Origin: Bispira polyomma
Lineage: Eukaryota
Length of the DNA stretch: 64,000 nucleotides
Reading direction: 5' to 3'
NCBI GenBank assembly: GCA_965649765.1
Contig: OZ287756.1
Span: 34,906,001 to 34,970,000 of the forward strand
This document shows positions 51,904 through 64,000 of this stretch, piece after piece. Numbering within the stretch: position 1 is the first letter of the stretch; each line of letters opens with the position of its first letter. Both the position numbers and the translations under genes were made by a program. A model generated the notes under the pieces. It worked only from the letters and a program-made list of their open reading frames with translations, was not told the DNA's origin and searched no databases.

Positions 51904-52129
51904 GGCTCCAATTCTTGAACACTCAAACTCATACTCGACTCAAATTTGGATCTGTCTGACTCTGGGTACAGTTAATACATGTACAATGAAAATATGTCTG
52001 CATATATGTAAATTCAGCATTGAAAGCGCTATTAAACCAATGGTCACAAGTATAGGTTATTATTTCCATGTACAAAGGAGATTTTAAGTCTAAATTTAAG
52101 TTTAAGTATTTATTTTGAGAATACCAGCC
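51904..52129. mobile_element. Family C MITE with 3-bp CAG target-site duplication
   Basis: CAG|GGCTCCAATTCT...GAGAATACCAGCC|CAG; a 3-bp TSD is consistent with PIF/Harbinger. Confidence 0.75.
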
Positions 52130-53110
52130 CAGGACTTCTGCCAGGTTGAAATCAAGAACAATAGCCCAAGCTCTCTGTACAAATGGTTATCTGATCATTT
52201 CCTCTGCCCTTTTATTATTATGACTACCACCAGCACCATCAGTAAAAGAAAAAAAAGAGTATCTCAAGAATGTGTGGTTAAATGAGGTTTTAATAAGTTG
52301 TTCAAAACTTCAAGCCATGTGTAAGCCTCTCCTTGATGAGGTTTAGATGAGAAGTCATTGTGTAGTAAACTGTACTTTTGGCCCCTGAGTAATTTGTGGA
52401 ACAACAAAAGAGAGCCTACTACTATCTAGGCTTAACTGTAAGTGTCCACTCATGAAATGGACCTGGTATTCTTTTGGGTGAGTGGTAAATATGATGAGGA
52501 GGAGAGTAAGATTGATGATTATCATTGATGACAAATTAGGTTTTAAGTATTTAGAGTTGTTTGCAAATGTTGTAAAATTGTAATTGGTCTTTTTTTCTCC
52601 TTTTCTTTCTGCATGTGAAAAGCAGGGGCTTTTGTACTTATGACATGGTGATCATGAATATTTGATTAAAAGCTGATCACAGATAAACACTCCCCTCAGC
52701 TGACCCTTAGAAGATTTGAACTCTGCAAATGATCCTCTCACAATTGTAGAATTTGTATTGTGTATTGGATAAGGGATTTGTAACATGCAAATCATTGATA
52801 CTCAGAATCTTATCAAGTGTAACGTCAAAATCAATAGACCAAGGGATAGTCCAATTTTTTGGGCAAAATCGTTAGGAAGGATGTATTGTGTGTGTCAAGG
52901 AAACAACCTAGGAGGAGGAAGCAAGTTTAGAAAGATAAGACTTCAGTCAAAGTTTGCTCCTAAAACTGATTTAACTATGCCACAAGGATTACAGGCTTCC
53001 GAAAAAAACCGTATAACACAGATTTCTGATTCCCTAGCTCTCAGTAGTTTTGAACTTTTACTCAAACTCTTAAATCAGTTCCAATCCATGGTATGATTAC
53101 CCCTATCTCT

Positions 53111-53365
53111 TTTGATGAAATGAAATGAAAAATGAAATAGTACATTTAGCGCACTTATAGAACACAGCGTCCTTTCAAATGCGCTTCCTCATGGGCAGCC
53201 ACTATGGGTGCCGAGGTGCTTGAGGATGACCATTTATCAACGTCCCCAAGGATCCTTAATCTGTCACTGGAGATATTACTCAGTGACAGAGGACCGCCAT
53301 TTTAAGTGGTCATCCGAGGCACTAGGCAAACTTGCGTTCACACCTTGCCTAAGGATTGGTCACCT
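53111..53365 (-). mobile_element. 5'-truncated SINE with Deu/Nin-like domain and L2-type tail
   Basis: (GAAAT)n tail on +, TAGCGCAC...TGCGCTT tail motif, GGACCGCCATTTTAAGTGGTCATCCGAG resembling the Deu-domain core; flanked by CCCTATCTCT (53101) and CCCTGTCTCT (53366), a possible TSD. Confidence 0.7.
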
Positions 53366-54074
53366 CCCTGTCTCTAGCTACATAGGCTCATAGTTAAGTA
53401 AAATCTGACAACATATTTGAATTTAGTGCTTGAAACTCTATTAAATCTAATATGGTTGGCTACAAGTGCAGGTTATTTCTGTGGCATAGGCTTTATTTGA
53501 GCTGAGTTTTGAGTAAAGTAAAATCTATAGATTTGAATTTATCTCTAAAAGCTCTGTTAAAATCAATAGTCACAAGTATGGATTACTTCCAAATACGATG
53601 TAAAATGATTTCAGCATATTGAAGTTAAAGTCATGAGTGAACTTTTCATATTTGAATTCACCCCTGAAAGCTCTATTGTAAGTTATTTCCTTATAGAAGC
53701 ACTACAGCATAGTTTTAATTTGAACAGAGTAGACATTTCAGCCTGGGTATTTAAGTAATAGAGACTATTTATCCCCAAGACAGCAGACTGACATACTGGG
53801 GGTATCACCACTGTACCCTAACTGACATATGGCTCTTTAATACTACATGTACTTGGTGCCCAAAGCTTCTGGAATTCTTTAAATCTCAAACTCAAAGATG
53901 TTCTGTTATGTAGACTGAAACCAAAGCCTGGCTGAATTCATAATTTAATTATCTTTTGATGTTTTCTCTCTGTTCTAAGAAGTAGCCTGGTGGCTTAACG
54001 TAACACTGTTGTCATTACCTATTGGATATATAGACAGCAGAACCTGTATCATCCAAACGGTTATTGTCATTCAT

Positions 54075-54322
54075 CAACAACATTATATTGTAACAAAAAA
54101 ATCAAAATCAAAAAGGTTATTTTTGAGCCTTCTTGCAGAAAGAAATATACAAAATGTATATACAAAAGAAAAAAGAAATTTAAAAATAACAGAATAATTT
54201 ATGAAAAGATGAGTAGGTGTGTGGAGGCTGTAGCAATCAAAAACTATGAAAACGATTTGTTTTTGTTAAAAATTCTTAAACTACACGAAATAGTGTCTGG
54301 TTTTGTTCAAATGTCATTCATT
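54075..54322 (-). mobile_element. CR1-like 3' fragment interrupting a family A MITE
   Basis: Matches about 10420..10632; MITE halves at about 54035..54070 and 54335..54464. Confidence 0.75.
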
Positions 54323-57300
54323 GTTACTGGTCACCTTTAAAAACATATTTTTACCCTCTCCCAAATTTACATTTTCCTATTGTTTTATACAGAAATTGTC
54401 TCTTCTATGATTGGAACCACTATTTTGCTTTGCTATTACATTTGGATAACAAATGGTGTACTGTATGTTGAAACAAAATAACCTGTGTTTAAATCTCAAA
54501 TTGTTTAGGTCAATGATAAAAATCTCCCTAAAAATATTCTTTTCTGTTTCTATAATATTTCTATTCCATACATACATAGCCTTACCTACTAACCTACTAC
54601 ACATCTTCTATTTAAGTCTCATTTTTTTTTTTTAAATTTTCATCACTTTCAAGTCTCAATCTTATGACATATTGCTTCATTTAACACCCGCCTCCATTAA
54701 AACAAACCTTAAAAATGCCATCTTTGTGCAGGTAAAGAAAGATAAAGGTATATTACAAAAAACCCTATACAGAAGAACACAACAACAACCTTGCTACACT
54801 GTTGGTCTCCTGGGGGGGGGGGGGGGGGGCTGATTAATTCCCAATACTTCCAGCCCCACTTACAGCACAGGGTTACTTACACCAGCCCCCCACTCCCTGT
54901 TTTCACTCTTTAGTCTTTACTTCACTTGTTCAGTAACTCTATGGAGAATATTGTTAAGACATACTCTGGGAGTGTCCCTCACCAACCTGTGCTGTAATTG
55001 ATTGCTGTATATCAAGAATTCTCCCCCACCAGTAAGGTAGAAAGGAGAGTTGCTGACCCACCCACCCCACCCCTCTTCTGTTCATGGTTACACTTATAGC
55101 AACAATATATTTCATTTTCTTTTACCTTTTACATATTGTTATGGCATTGTTTTGGACATGCCCTCTGCCATTTGTCTATCTGCACCTTACTACAAATCTA
55201 TCAATGACATGAATTGATGACCATTTTGAGAGAGGGTTTTTGTAGTGTGTGTGATGTTATACAAGTAGAACACGTGTATTGAGAGATTTATGATGTGAAC
55301 AAACTGGGCCATGCTTATACTACTAGTAAGTTACTATAGCATTGATAATGCAGGTAGTGTGTGTCTTTTGTGCACTAACTGCAGGGAGAGGAAATCATGT
55401 GTATTAGAGGTGATGAAACCAAAAACAGGCATAGCAAGAAACTAGATTGTGGTAGAAAGGGTGTTAAATTGGGAGAAAAGTAAATGTACTTCTATATCTC
55501 AGCTATTATTATACGTTAGATAAACAGTATGTCCTGTTTCTGAATTTAAACACTTATATTTTTTAGTCAAATTTAAGTCAAGTTACAAATTGGCAACTTT
55601 CTCTTTTATACAAATGGACTGTGTAGTGTTTTTGTAATAAGTCACTCTTAAGTTCCATTGAAAGTAGATCTTTACTGGGATCCTTTTAAGTAGAACGCTA
55701 TTGAGTTATTTTTCCTATGTAATAAATGAATAAATATTTGTAATCCTAAAAAGGGATTTTGGTACATGTGAATCCTATTTCTCCTTGTCGCTTGAGGTTC
55801 TACTGAATGGCGTTCAACTGTATTCCCACACAAAGATAATGTGTTGTACTGTGTACATGTATTGGACAGTGCTATACTATCAATATTCAATGGCACTGTT
55901 GCTAAGTTTAGTTCATTTAAACCATCTTATATCAAAATGGGGAAAGGTTTAGTGGTAGATAAAACAAGCATCATTGGTTTATTTGGTCAAAATTTCTGCA
56001 CTGTAAAAAATAGCCTTCAGCAAGTCTACTGCATACTTCTATTTGCATGCATGAAATTCATAGCCAAACAACTGTAGATGTAGCAAGAGTTTTGTTACCT
56101 CTTACACCACTGAAGCTCCGACCACCATTGCTAACACACAATGTTTGCCCCATCTCCCCAGTAGCCCACAGGCCTAGGAAGTATATATTTTATGTTGTTA
56201 TGATGATGGTGTCCTAGTTTTAAAGTGTATAAATTGCTAGTTTCATGGTACATAGGTTTGATCCTTGTTTTAATAGGACACCCTGCACAAATGTAATGTG
56301 TCTGAAAACCTTATGTTTTGTGAGGTGCCTTAGCCTCAGAGAAGACTCTACTATATGGATAGTTATTTACTTATCATACACATATTGATATGCAATACCA
56401 AAAAATATGAAAAAAACTATGAAATTTTGTTTTTAAAAAGCACATTAAAATTATTTCAATTAGTTTACAATATTTGAATCAGTATTAAACAATAGTAAGG
56501 TACCATCTTTTGCCATCTTTTTTATTTATACTAAAAATGCATAAGTGTATTAAACTCAGTTATAGTGAAAAAATCATTCATCTTTTGATAAAAAATGCCA
56601 CAAAATATTGTAGTGATGGGAGTTAAAAAGTTAACAACCAGATCTAATTACAGTGTTATTTGCTGTACTATTTGAACTAAATTTAAAATATTGATTGAGA
56701 GGTTAATGTAATAAAGAAGTACATTGTACATGTAGTGTAAACCCATCTTGTGAGCCTCCTTTGAGGTTACATCAACCCCATCTGATTTATCTGATCACTT
56801 GCACTTTGTAATGAGTTTATAGGGTGTTTTGATGGCACTAAATTTGGTACTGGTGTAGATACATTTGCATCAGTGACACGATCATTGTTGGTGATCTCAA
56901 TGCGACTTACTCTGATTTAGAACCGAAAATAGTAATTATAACATAAAACCCTATTTACTGTGACAATTTTTATCAACATTTCTGAAATAGAAAACTAAAT
57001 ATTTTAATGACCATAAAAATTTAAAAAATACATGTAATATATTTCAGATGTACTTCTTGATAATTTAAACTATTGGAACATGAAAATGACCTCTTTTTAA
57101 GGGTTCTTTTGTTAACTCACCACACTGCATGATTAAACCTTCATCAGTTTCATTAAACGGGGTAAAGTTAACTTCCACAGACCAGAGTAAATACCTTAAG
57201 TTAAGCAGGATTTTCAATTTAAAAAGGGTAGATTTTCAAAGAAAAGACCTGTACATGTGGGATTCTAATTTTATTTTCTAAATATACAATGGAAATTGAC

Positions 57301-59564
57301 TTAACAGTGTTCCACATAACAGGGATTGTCCCATAAATGTAATATATCAATTTGACATCAAAACAAAAGAAATTTATTAATCTAATAATAGTAATATATC
57401 TAACTGCTGTGCTATGAATTATAATATTCTAATAATAAGCCCTGTTATTGATAATGTAAATTAATACAACTCTTGCCAGCTCGGCCACTCAAAGTTGTGG
57501 AAGGGTGGTTTTTTAAAAGACGGCATTGTTTAAAATTAACAGACTTGTGGGGGGGAGATCCTTGAAAAAAGTGATAATGTCTATATGAAGAGTGCTTGAC
57601 AGAGTTAAATGATTTGCCAGTGATGTCATACTTACATCTGTTACTACCCTGGGACTCTCCAAGAGCATTTGATACAATTGACCTGACAAGTCAAGTCTCT
57701 CTAAAACAGTGGGCTGCTGCTGGTGGTAGGGTTTAGTTGTTGTAGTTCAGGTACCTTTTTCACAGTTCTGTCAGTGGAAGTTTGCCCAGTTTTTGTGTGT
57801 GTTTGTATTCACATTCTATGTAAAGGAAACCATCCCAGGGTCCACCTGACAGCCATTGAAGGCTGGTGTAGTGAACTACAGTGTGATACAACAGAGAATG
57901 GTTTGAAGTGGTCAGTGTTTATCCAGTGCTGTAGTTCCCACTGGGCTAACTCAATGGCTGATGACTTAATCACCTGGGTGTGATGTGGTGGGGGTAAAAG
58001 TGAGCACACTTGAAGGAAGGGAGGGGGGGGGGGGGGGGGGCTGGTGCTGCATTGTTTTAAGACTCTTTTATTGTGTGTGTAATACCAAATCATTATATAG
58101 CCTTTTGTGTGTGAGATATGTGTACATGTTTGTATGTATATAGAAGTGTATTGATACCTGGTAAATATGGATTTAAATCTAGGGAGATGTATAATATGAT
58201 ATAGTGAGTATGTCATGCTGTAGGCAGCCTGTAGGTAACTATAGGTAGTAAGCTGGATGTCTTTTAGTAGTTTATATATATCATTGTTATGTGGAGCCCT
58301 TTGATGATGATGTCAGCAGAAGTGTAAATAACAGAAATCAAAGAGAGAAATACCTTTGAAAACAAAATGACTGCAGTGATGGGCAAATATTGATGTAAAT
58401 GTTTATAAGACAGTATTACTGAGTCCTGATCAAAGAAGGGATACATGTAAAAGATAAACTGTGTTTTACAGTAGAACCTCTATTATCCAAACTTCAGTTA
58501 TATCCCAGTATTTTAAGTTATGAACCAAATATCACTCTCCTAAGTTTGTGTGTTCCAATTATTTTGTGCCCTTTTCCTCGAAAAGCTCTTCTCCTTTTAT
58601 GAACCCTCTACTATCTAAACTAAATATTTCTCTTCCAAGATGTTTGGATCAGTATTTTGTTACCCTGACTCCAATGCTTGAAGGTGTAGATGTTGGACAT
58701 GGAATTAATGGCTATATATTAACATCCATGGTTTCCATCCATGGTTTCTAAATCAGTCACAAGTCAAAACTATGTATAGTGTAAATGTTTATCTGGTCAA
58801 ATAGAATTCAATTTACCTAATTTGGCTTCCACCAGAAAAACATAATCATAACAAGGCATTTACGATAGCACTCCCAAGACAAACTAATTTAAATTAAATT
58901 CACAGAAACTCATTAATAGGTCAATCAAAAATGAGTGTTGAACTTTTGAAATAAGGGTTATTGGAGTAAAGTGTACCTCCGGCCTTATATCACCTGTTAC
59001 TTAAAGCCACAAAAGCATCTCATAATGATAAAGTAATTCTATTTTTCTTAAGGTTTTATATTTATAAATCAACTTGTGTTTTTAAACAACTAACTCATTC
59101 CAATAGTGGCTCTGTTTACATTGGGACATAATAAGGAATGTCACAAAATGTCCATTTTTTTTTCTTAAAGAGGAACTAAAGATGTCACTCTATATATTGG
59201 TATGACAATAAGGAAATAGTAAGAAAGTGAAAAAGGTGGTAATCTGTGAAATAATCCACCAAGTTGTCTTAAGAATGACATAAGTTTATATATACTAGTG
59301 TAAAGAGGGCTTGTGGTTCTTTTCATAAATTCAGTGACTCCTAAAATCTGTGTTTTTTACCACCAAGTCAATGAAAACCACAGGTCATTCTTCACAAAAT
59401 ACTTCACAACTCACATCCCCCCCCCCCCACCCATCACCCCCCACCCTGTGTCAACCTATTTTCTACTCTCTTTTTTGTCCTTTAAAAAAATAAAATGAAA
59501 AGCTTCCTCCCCCCCCCCCTTTCAATGTCCTCTTACTTGGGTCCAACACACACTGACCACCATT

Positions 59565-59700
59565 AAATCATTGGCTCTAAAGCTGATGGTCATTGGTTGC
59601 CTCTGTGGGGCTTTGGAAATTAAAGTGCTTTGATTGGCTGGGGGGTGTTGCTGACCCCCTATAAAGCCATGGAGGGGCAGGCATTGGTAGTCATTTTACT
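59565..59700 (+). promoter_or_regulatory. Candidate RNA Pol II promoter: three reverse CCAAT boxes, TATA box and Inr
   Basis: ATTGG at 59570, 59592 and 59633; TATAAAG at 59660; TAGTCATTTT about 30 bp downstream. Confidence 0.6.
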
Positions 59701-59890
59701 GTAGAGAGTTTCTCAGACCAGGACACCCTTGTGTGTGTACACTATAAGATTTAGACTGGTACTTCAAGAATATATAGTGCTTTTGTCATTAAAAGTAAGG
59801 AAAGAAAACTTGTAATATATTGTGTGTATGTATTGTTAAGTGAGGACCTTAAACGTGGATTATAAATTACTCAGTGGAGTCATTTGTAAG
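59690..59890 (+). other. Candidate non-coding first exon
   Basis: Starts at the putative Inr and ends at AAG|GTATGT (59891), followed by T-rich intron-like sequence. Confidence 0.5.
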
Positions 59891-60393
59891 GTATGTATTA
59901 TGATTTTTATTGTTGGTTTTACATTTAGGTATAAATTATATGTTTTATTATTATGCATTTTGAAGTTCTCATTCATAAGGTTTATTATTTATATTTATCT
60001 GTTTGTAATAGCTGACAGTTAAATATTACTGTCATTTTAGTCCATTGTCTTGTGTGACAGTTCTTACAACATTTACTTTACCTCTGTATGATTTTTCCCA
60101 TGTCACAGTGTTTTATAACAATGCAGATTAACAAGGACTTGATGAGATAGGGATTAGTTCATGTATTTGAAGTACAATATGTAACATAATTTTGTTGTAA
60201 AAAAATATTTTTGTTGAAATTTTTGCTTACAGAAGACACAAAGTGACATTTAAAAAAAAAAAATTCAACTTAAGAATTTTTTTTTTTTAACTTTAGAAAA
60301 ACATATTATGGTTTCATACATTATTCACACAAACAGTTGGCAAGTACAATGACATGTACAATGATGAAAGACAATACCAAATTAAGATACAAA

Positions 60394-60510
60394 TGTTATT
60401 TTTCTATTTTGTTTCTTTTGTATATATATCTTCCTGCGAGAAGGCTTTATAATAATCTTTTTGATTTTGCCTGATTGTTTTGTTCCAATAAAATATTGTT
60501 TATGAAAAAA
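60394..60510 (+). mobile_element. Short CR1-like 3' tail copy
   Basis: Reverse complement of the 10403 and 17577 tails, ends AATAAAATATTGTTTATGAAAAAA; AATTAAGAYACAAA on both sides (60380, 60509) may be a TSD. Confidence 0.7.
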
Positions 60511-60746
60511 TTAAGACACAAAGTGACATATTAAGAAAGAGCATGCATACTGTCACTAAACCTGCTTTCAATATGTGGTGATATAAATATGTGGTGCCAA
60601 ATTACATTGGTAGGTTCACATACAATAGGTTTGAGGTTGAAAATTGTAAATCAAAACAATTCAATCTTATGCAGAGGCAAATCTAATCAATATTTGTGTT
60701 TAATTAATTTTTAAATGTCTCTGTTAATATGTTTATCTCCTTGTAG

Positions 60747-60805
60747 GAAAGATAAGAAGCTATGCCAAGAGTGTTTTAAAACCAGAAATACACAGTTAAC
60801 ATCAA
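60747..60805 (+). CDS. Candidate internal exon, 59 nt
   Basis: Acceptor TTTATCTCCTTGTAG, donor CAA|GTAAGT; open as (R)KDKKLCQECFKTRNTQLTS when joined to 35907. Confidence 0.5.
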
Positions 60806-63800
60806 GTAAGTTCTATTTATTCTATAAATATAGCAGAATACATGTATATATTATATTTTAAATATAAAGTATAAATTAAATTTAGTTGTCATTGATTTAA
60901 TTTTTAAAAATTGGCTGTTTTTAACAAAATCATGCTTGATTGATTACATGTATATTCATATTTTTGTTTTACAAATGGCAAACGTTCATGATTTTAACAA
61001 TATTATCACTTACTGCATTTTCAGTTATAAATAGCAGTTGTGATATTGTTGTAAAATCATAAAAAAAATTATGTTTACCTATTATGATATAAGATAAAAG
61101 CTGATCAAAGAATTTTTTGTTCTTGTTGGATTCCTGAATGAATTTCCTTGAATTTACAAATTAACTGAGAATGTGGAGCAATATTGTACACATATAGGTT
61201 TTTCAGGGTTTTGTTAAAAATGCACCCATAAAATGTGTTTTTTACTGTTGATGAGTACATTATGAAAATTACTTTCCATACTTTAGGAGTACATATTAAT
61301 TTCATATATTCATAATACACACATAAAAGTATCTCTCATGAGGATTTAGATATGCAACAAATATACACTCATATAAGTTACATTAATTTAAATTTTCAAC
61401 AACAGTACATTTATATGTTAGTATACAATTTTTATAATGGTATTTAATATTATAAAAATTGTAATACTATTTTAGACAAATTATGATAAATATGACAGTT
61501 TCTGTCATCACTTTTGAAGTAACAAATATTAATTTTGTCTGTAAAATGACACTATATACTGATGATGGTATCTTGTTTACTTGATCACTTTTGATGTGTA
61601 ACACTAGTAGAGTTGAAAGCAAATAAATATTTCCCTTAAATTTCCACCAATGAAAAACATATCACCACAAATAAGTAAAAGGAAAGAATGTCCCATTACA
61701 TTTATCATCATTAGGAATATATATTTATGAAAAGGACAGAAATTTGATATCCTAATAGTCCATAAAATGGCCTTAATGTACAAATTAGAGTTGATCTTCT
61801 ATAATTCTGTTTTGACATTACTGATGATTTTAACCTTGCTTGTTCTTTTAGCTATGCCATTCAAGATTTCACAGATGTTTTTCAAACCCTCAATTTAGTG
61901 TAATCCTAATAAAAGAAGTTATCCTTGCCATAATAGCCTCTTGTGAAATCTGAACCTTTGGTTTCAACCTCTTCAAATATCTGTCTCATATATGTAAAAT
62001 GTCAGATGTTTTTTCTCATGTCAAATATAAGTGTTTACTATGCACCATTTCCATAACACCAACATAGTTATAATAGTTATATATATAATTGTTAATGCAT
62101 ATATATGTACCTTCAAGGTATGCCAATCTTTTCTATAAAATATAATTGAAAAGAAATTGTACAAATGTATTCTTCTTCTATTTTTAAATTAAGAGCTGAG
62201 CACATATGTTCCTGTAGCTTTGGTTGAAATTAATAAAAACATTCTATGGACTTTAGTAGACTATGTAGTTCAGTTTATATACAGGTTGACATGAGATATA
62301 ACCATTTTAGAATGTGAGATATTTTACATACACCTGTTGTTTCTTTGAGCCTTTTTCATTTAAATATAACAAAACTGTCATGTCAATTTAAAGCTTTTGT
62401 CGACTTTCTCTGGAACTTCAACCTGTTTTATGGTATAATTATTCTGATTGAGATGCAAAAGCCTGTGTTGTGATCTGCTAATAAGAAAACCTGATTTGTT
62501 AGTTGTTCAGATGAAATTTGGCATTGTATGACCAGACTTCTCACTGGGGACTGGAGGTTGGTTGGTGCTGTACTACTATATGCTTGTATATAAAGGTGTC
62601 CTGCATTACCAGGGGTTATTTCCCGGAGGAACAAGTCCCTTAAGTTTTGTCGGGTGCAAGATTTCCCATGTTTGTGACACAGATCTGGTCCCACTATATG
62701 TGTTATGTCAACAACTTATGTGTGAATTATATAATATTCATGGCAAATGCCAGTTGGATTATTTCCTAATCATAAAACTTCCCTTTTTATATCAGAAATT
62801 TTATGTAAAAATTTTATAATTTTCCTGAAATTAAATTTTGTTTTATCATTAATTATGGTAACTCTTTTCCATTGTCTATTACTTCAAATAACTTGAGCTC
62901 AGCTTATTACAAGCTTGATTCTAAGATCTCCTTCCCCCATCTCTGGCTACAGTAAACTTTAGTCAAAACTTATTACATATTTGAATTTAGTACTGAAAGG
63001 TCTGTTGAAGTGTTTGGTTGCAAATAATAAAGCTTATTTCCACATAGAAGAGCTTCAAAATAAACCTTAATTTTGAATTAAATTTGAGTGTCTTCTATAG
63101 ACAACGATGAGCCCCAGGGTTTCTTCTACTTGTTTATGCCAAACCTTTCACAAATGAGCCAATTAAAGTTGTTCCGATTTTGGTCACTCTTCTCTTATCC
63201 TACTTAACCTGAGGGGAATCTACCTGTTAAGTAAATCAAGTGACATGTTCTTTGTTTCATGGAATACCATCAAGATTAATAAAGTATATTAGTTCTTCAA
63301 ATTAAGTGTGTAGAAGTTTTACTATAGTAAAACCAAACTTCACTATACTTAAGATCACCTTAATGTGCCTGAGTTAAAATCAAACATACAGTATAGAGAC
63401 TAATTTTAGATACTAACTTCAAAATAAATATAGTATAGTAAATAAATAAATGTCATGGATTGAATTTCTTTAATAAGTTCTGCTAATATATTCTGTAGTT
63501 AAAACTGTCCTACTTATAATACACCAGTTTAAGTAATATTAAAATCTCAAAGTGAGCAAAGGAGGGGTAAGGAGAAAGAGGAGGGTGGGTGGGGGGGGGG
63601 GGGGTAGGTCAGCACCTGAGTAGGGTTTCTCTTGTATTTTGTATTGGGTTTTCTCAAGGCTCAGTAATTTCAACTGATATAGGATTTGGTAGTTAGTGTG
63701 GAGTGTTGGATGGAGTTTGTTTTTACCCCAGGCTGTTTTTAGTCACAATTTTAATAACATGATCAGGAAAAAAAGTCCTTGTGAATAATTATATATTCCT

Positions 63801-63907
63801 GGAAGTGGGGAAGAGAGCTTGTAATTAGGGGTGTCAATCTTTTTGTTGCCTGTGTTTGGAATATCAATAGATTATATAGAACAGTCCAGTTATGTCAAAG
63901 TTATAAT

Positions 63908-64000
63908 TGACCAAGGTGCATACCGAGTTTCACAAAGTCCTGCCCGGATTCGAACCCGGGTACTACGGCACCTAATCGCCTAGCAGTGAAGGTTCCCAAC
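63908..64000 (-). mobile_element. tRNA-derived SINE head, cut by the window end
   Basis: Minus strand CCCGGGTTCGAATCCGGGC (B box and T-arm at about 63942..63960), followed by CACCTTGGTCAA (CORE-like start); the upstream part does not look like an anticodon arm. Confidence 0.7.

Noticed and set aside
63930-64000. tRNA gene
   Set aside because: Only a B box and T-arm are visible; the adjacent sequence is SINE-like and no cloverleaf can be built within the window.
1-64000. Conserved bilaterian miRNAs, rRNA and snRNA genes
   Set aside because: None recognised on reading by eye; an Infernal/Rfam and MirGeneDB scan would be needed to exclude them.

Overview
AT-rich eukaryotic genomic DNA, intronic or intergenic in character. 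The SINE, MITE and LINE repertoire suggests an invertebrate, probably a mollusc (inference only). No prokaryotic features, CRISPR array or intact protein-coding gene could be supported. The only long ORFs (1571..3106 and 3255..3653, minus strand) are two frameshifted pieces of ORF2 of one 5'-truncated L2-clade LINE. The rest is a mosaic of short repeats: about 25 copies of one Tc1/mariner-type MITE, about 10 of a second, about 10 PIF/Harbinger-type MITEs, several tRNA-derived SINE families, L2 and CR1-like 3' fragments and Helentron-like fragments. There is also a 1.4-kb non-autonomous element with palindrome-built TIRs, TGT...ACA termini and a 4-bp TSD (Ginger-like). Host-gene signals on the + strand are three short exon candidates (about 28.9, 35.9 and 60.8 kb) that splice in frame into a Cys-motif peptide, a CCAAT/TATA/Inr promoter at about 59.66 kb, and clusters of TGACC/GGTCA motifs. 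I found no clear novel biological system; the best leads are the exon chain, the promoter, the Ginger-like element and a CpG-rich block. Boundaries of degenerate repeats were read by eye and are approximate.
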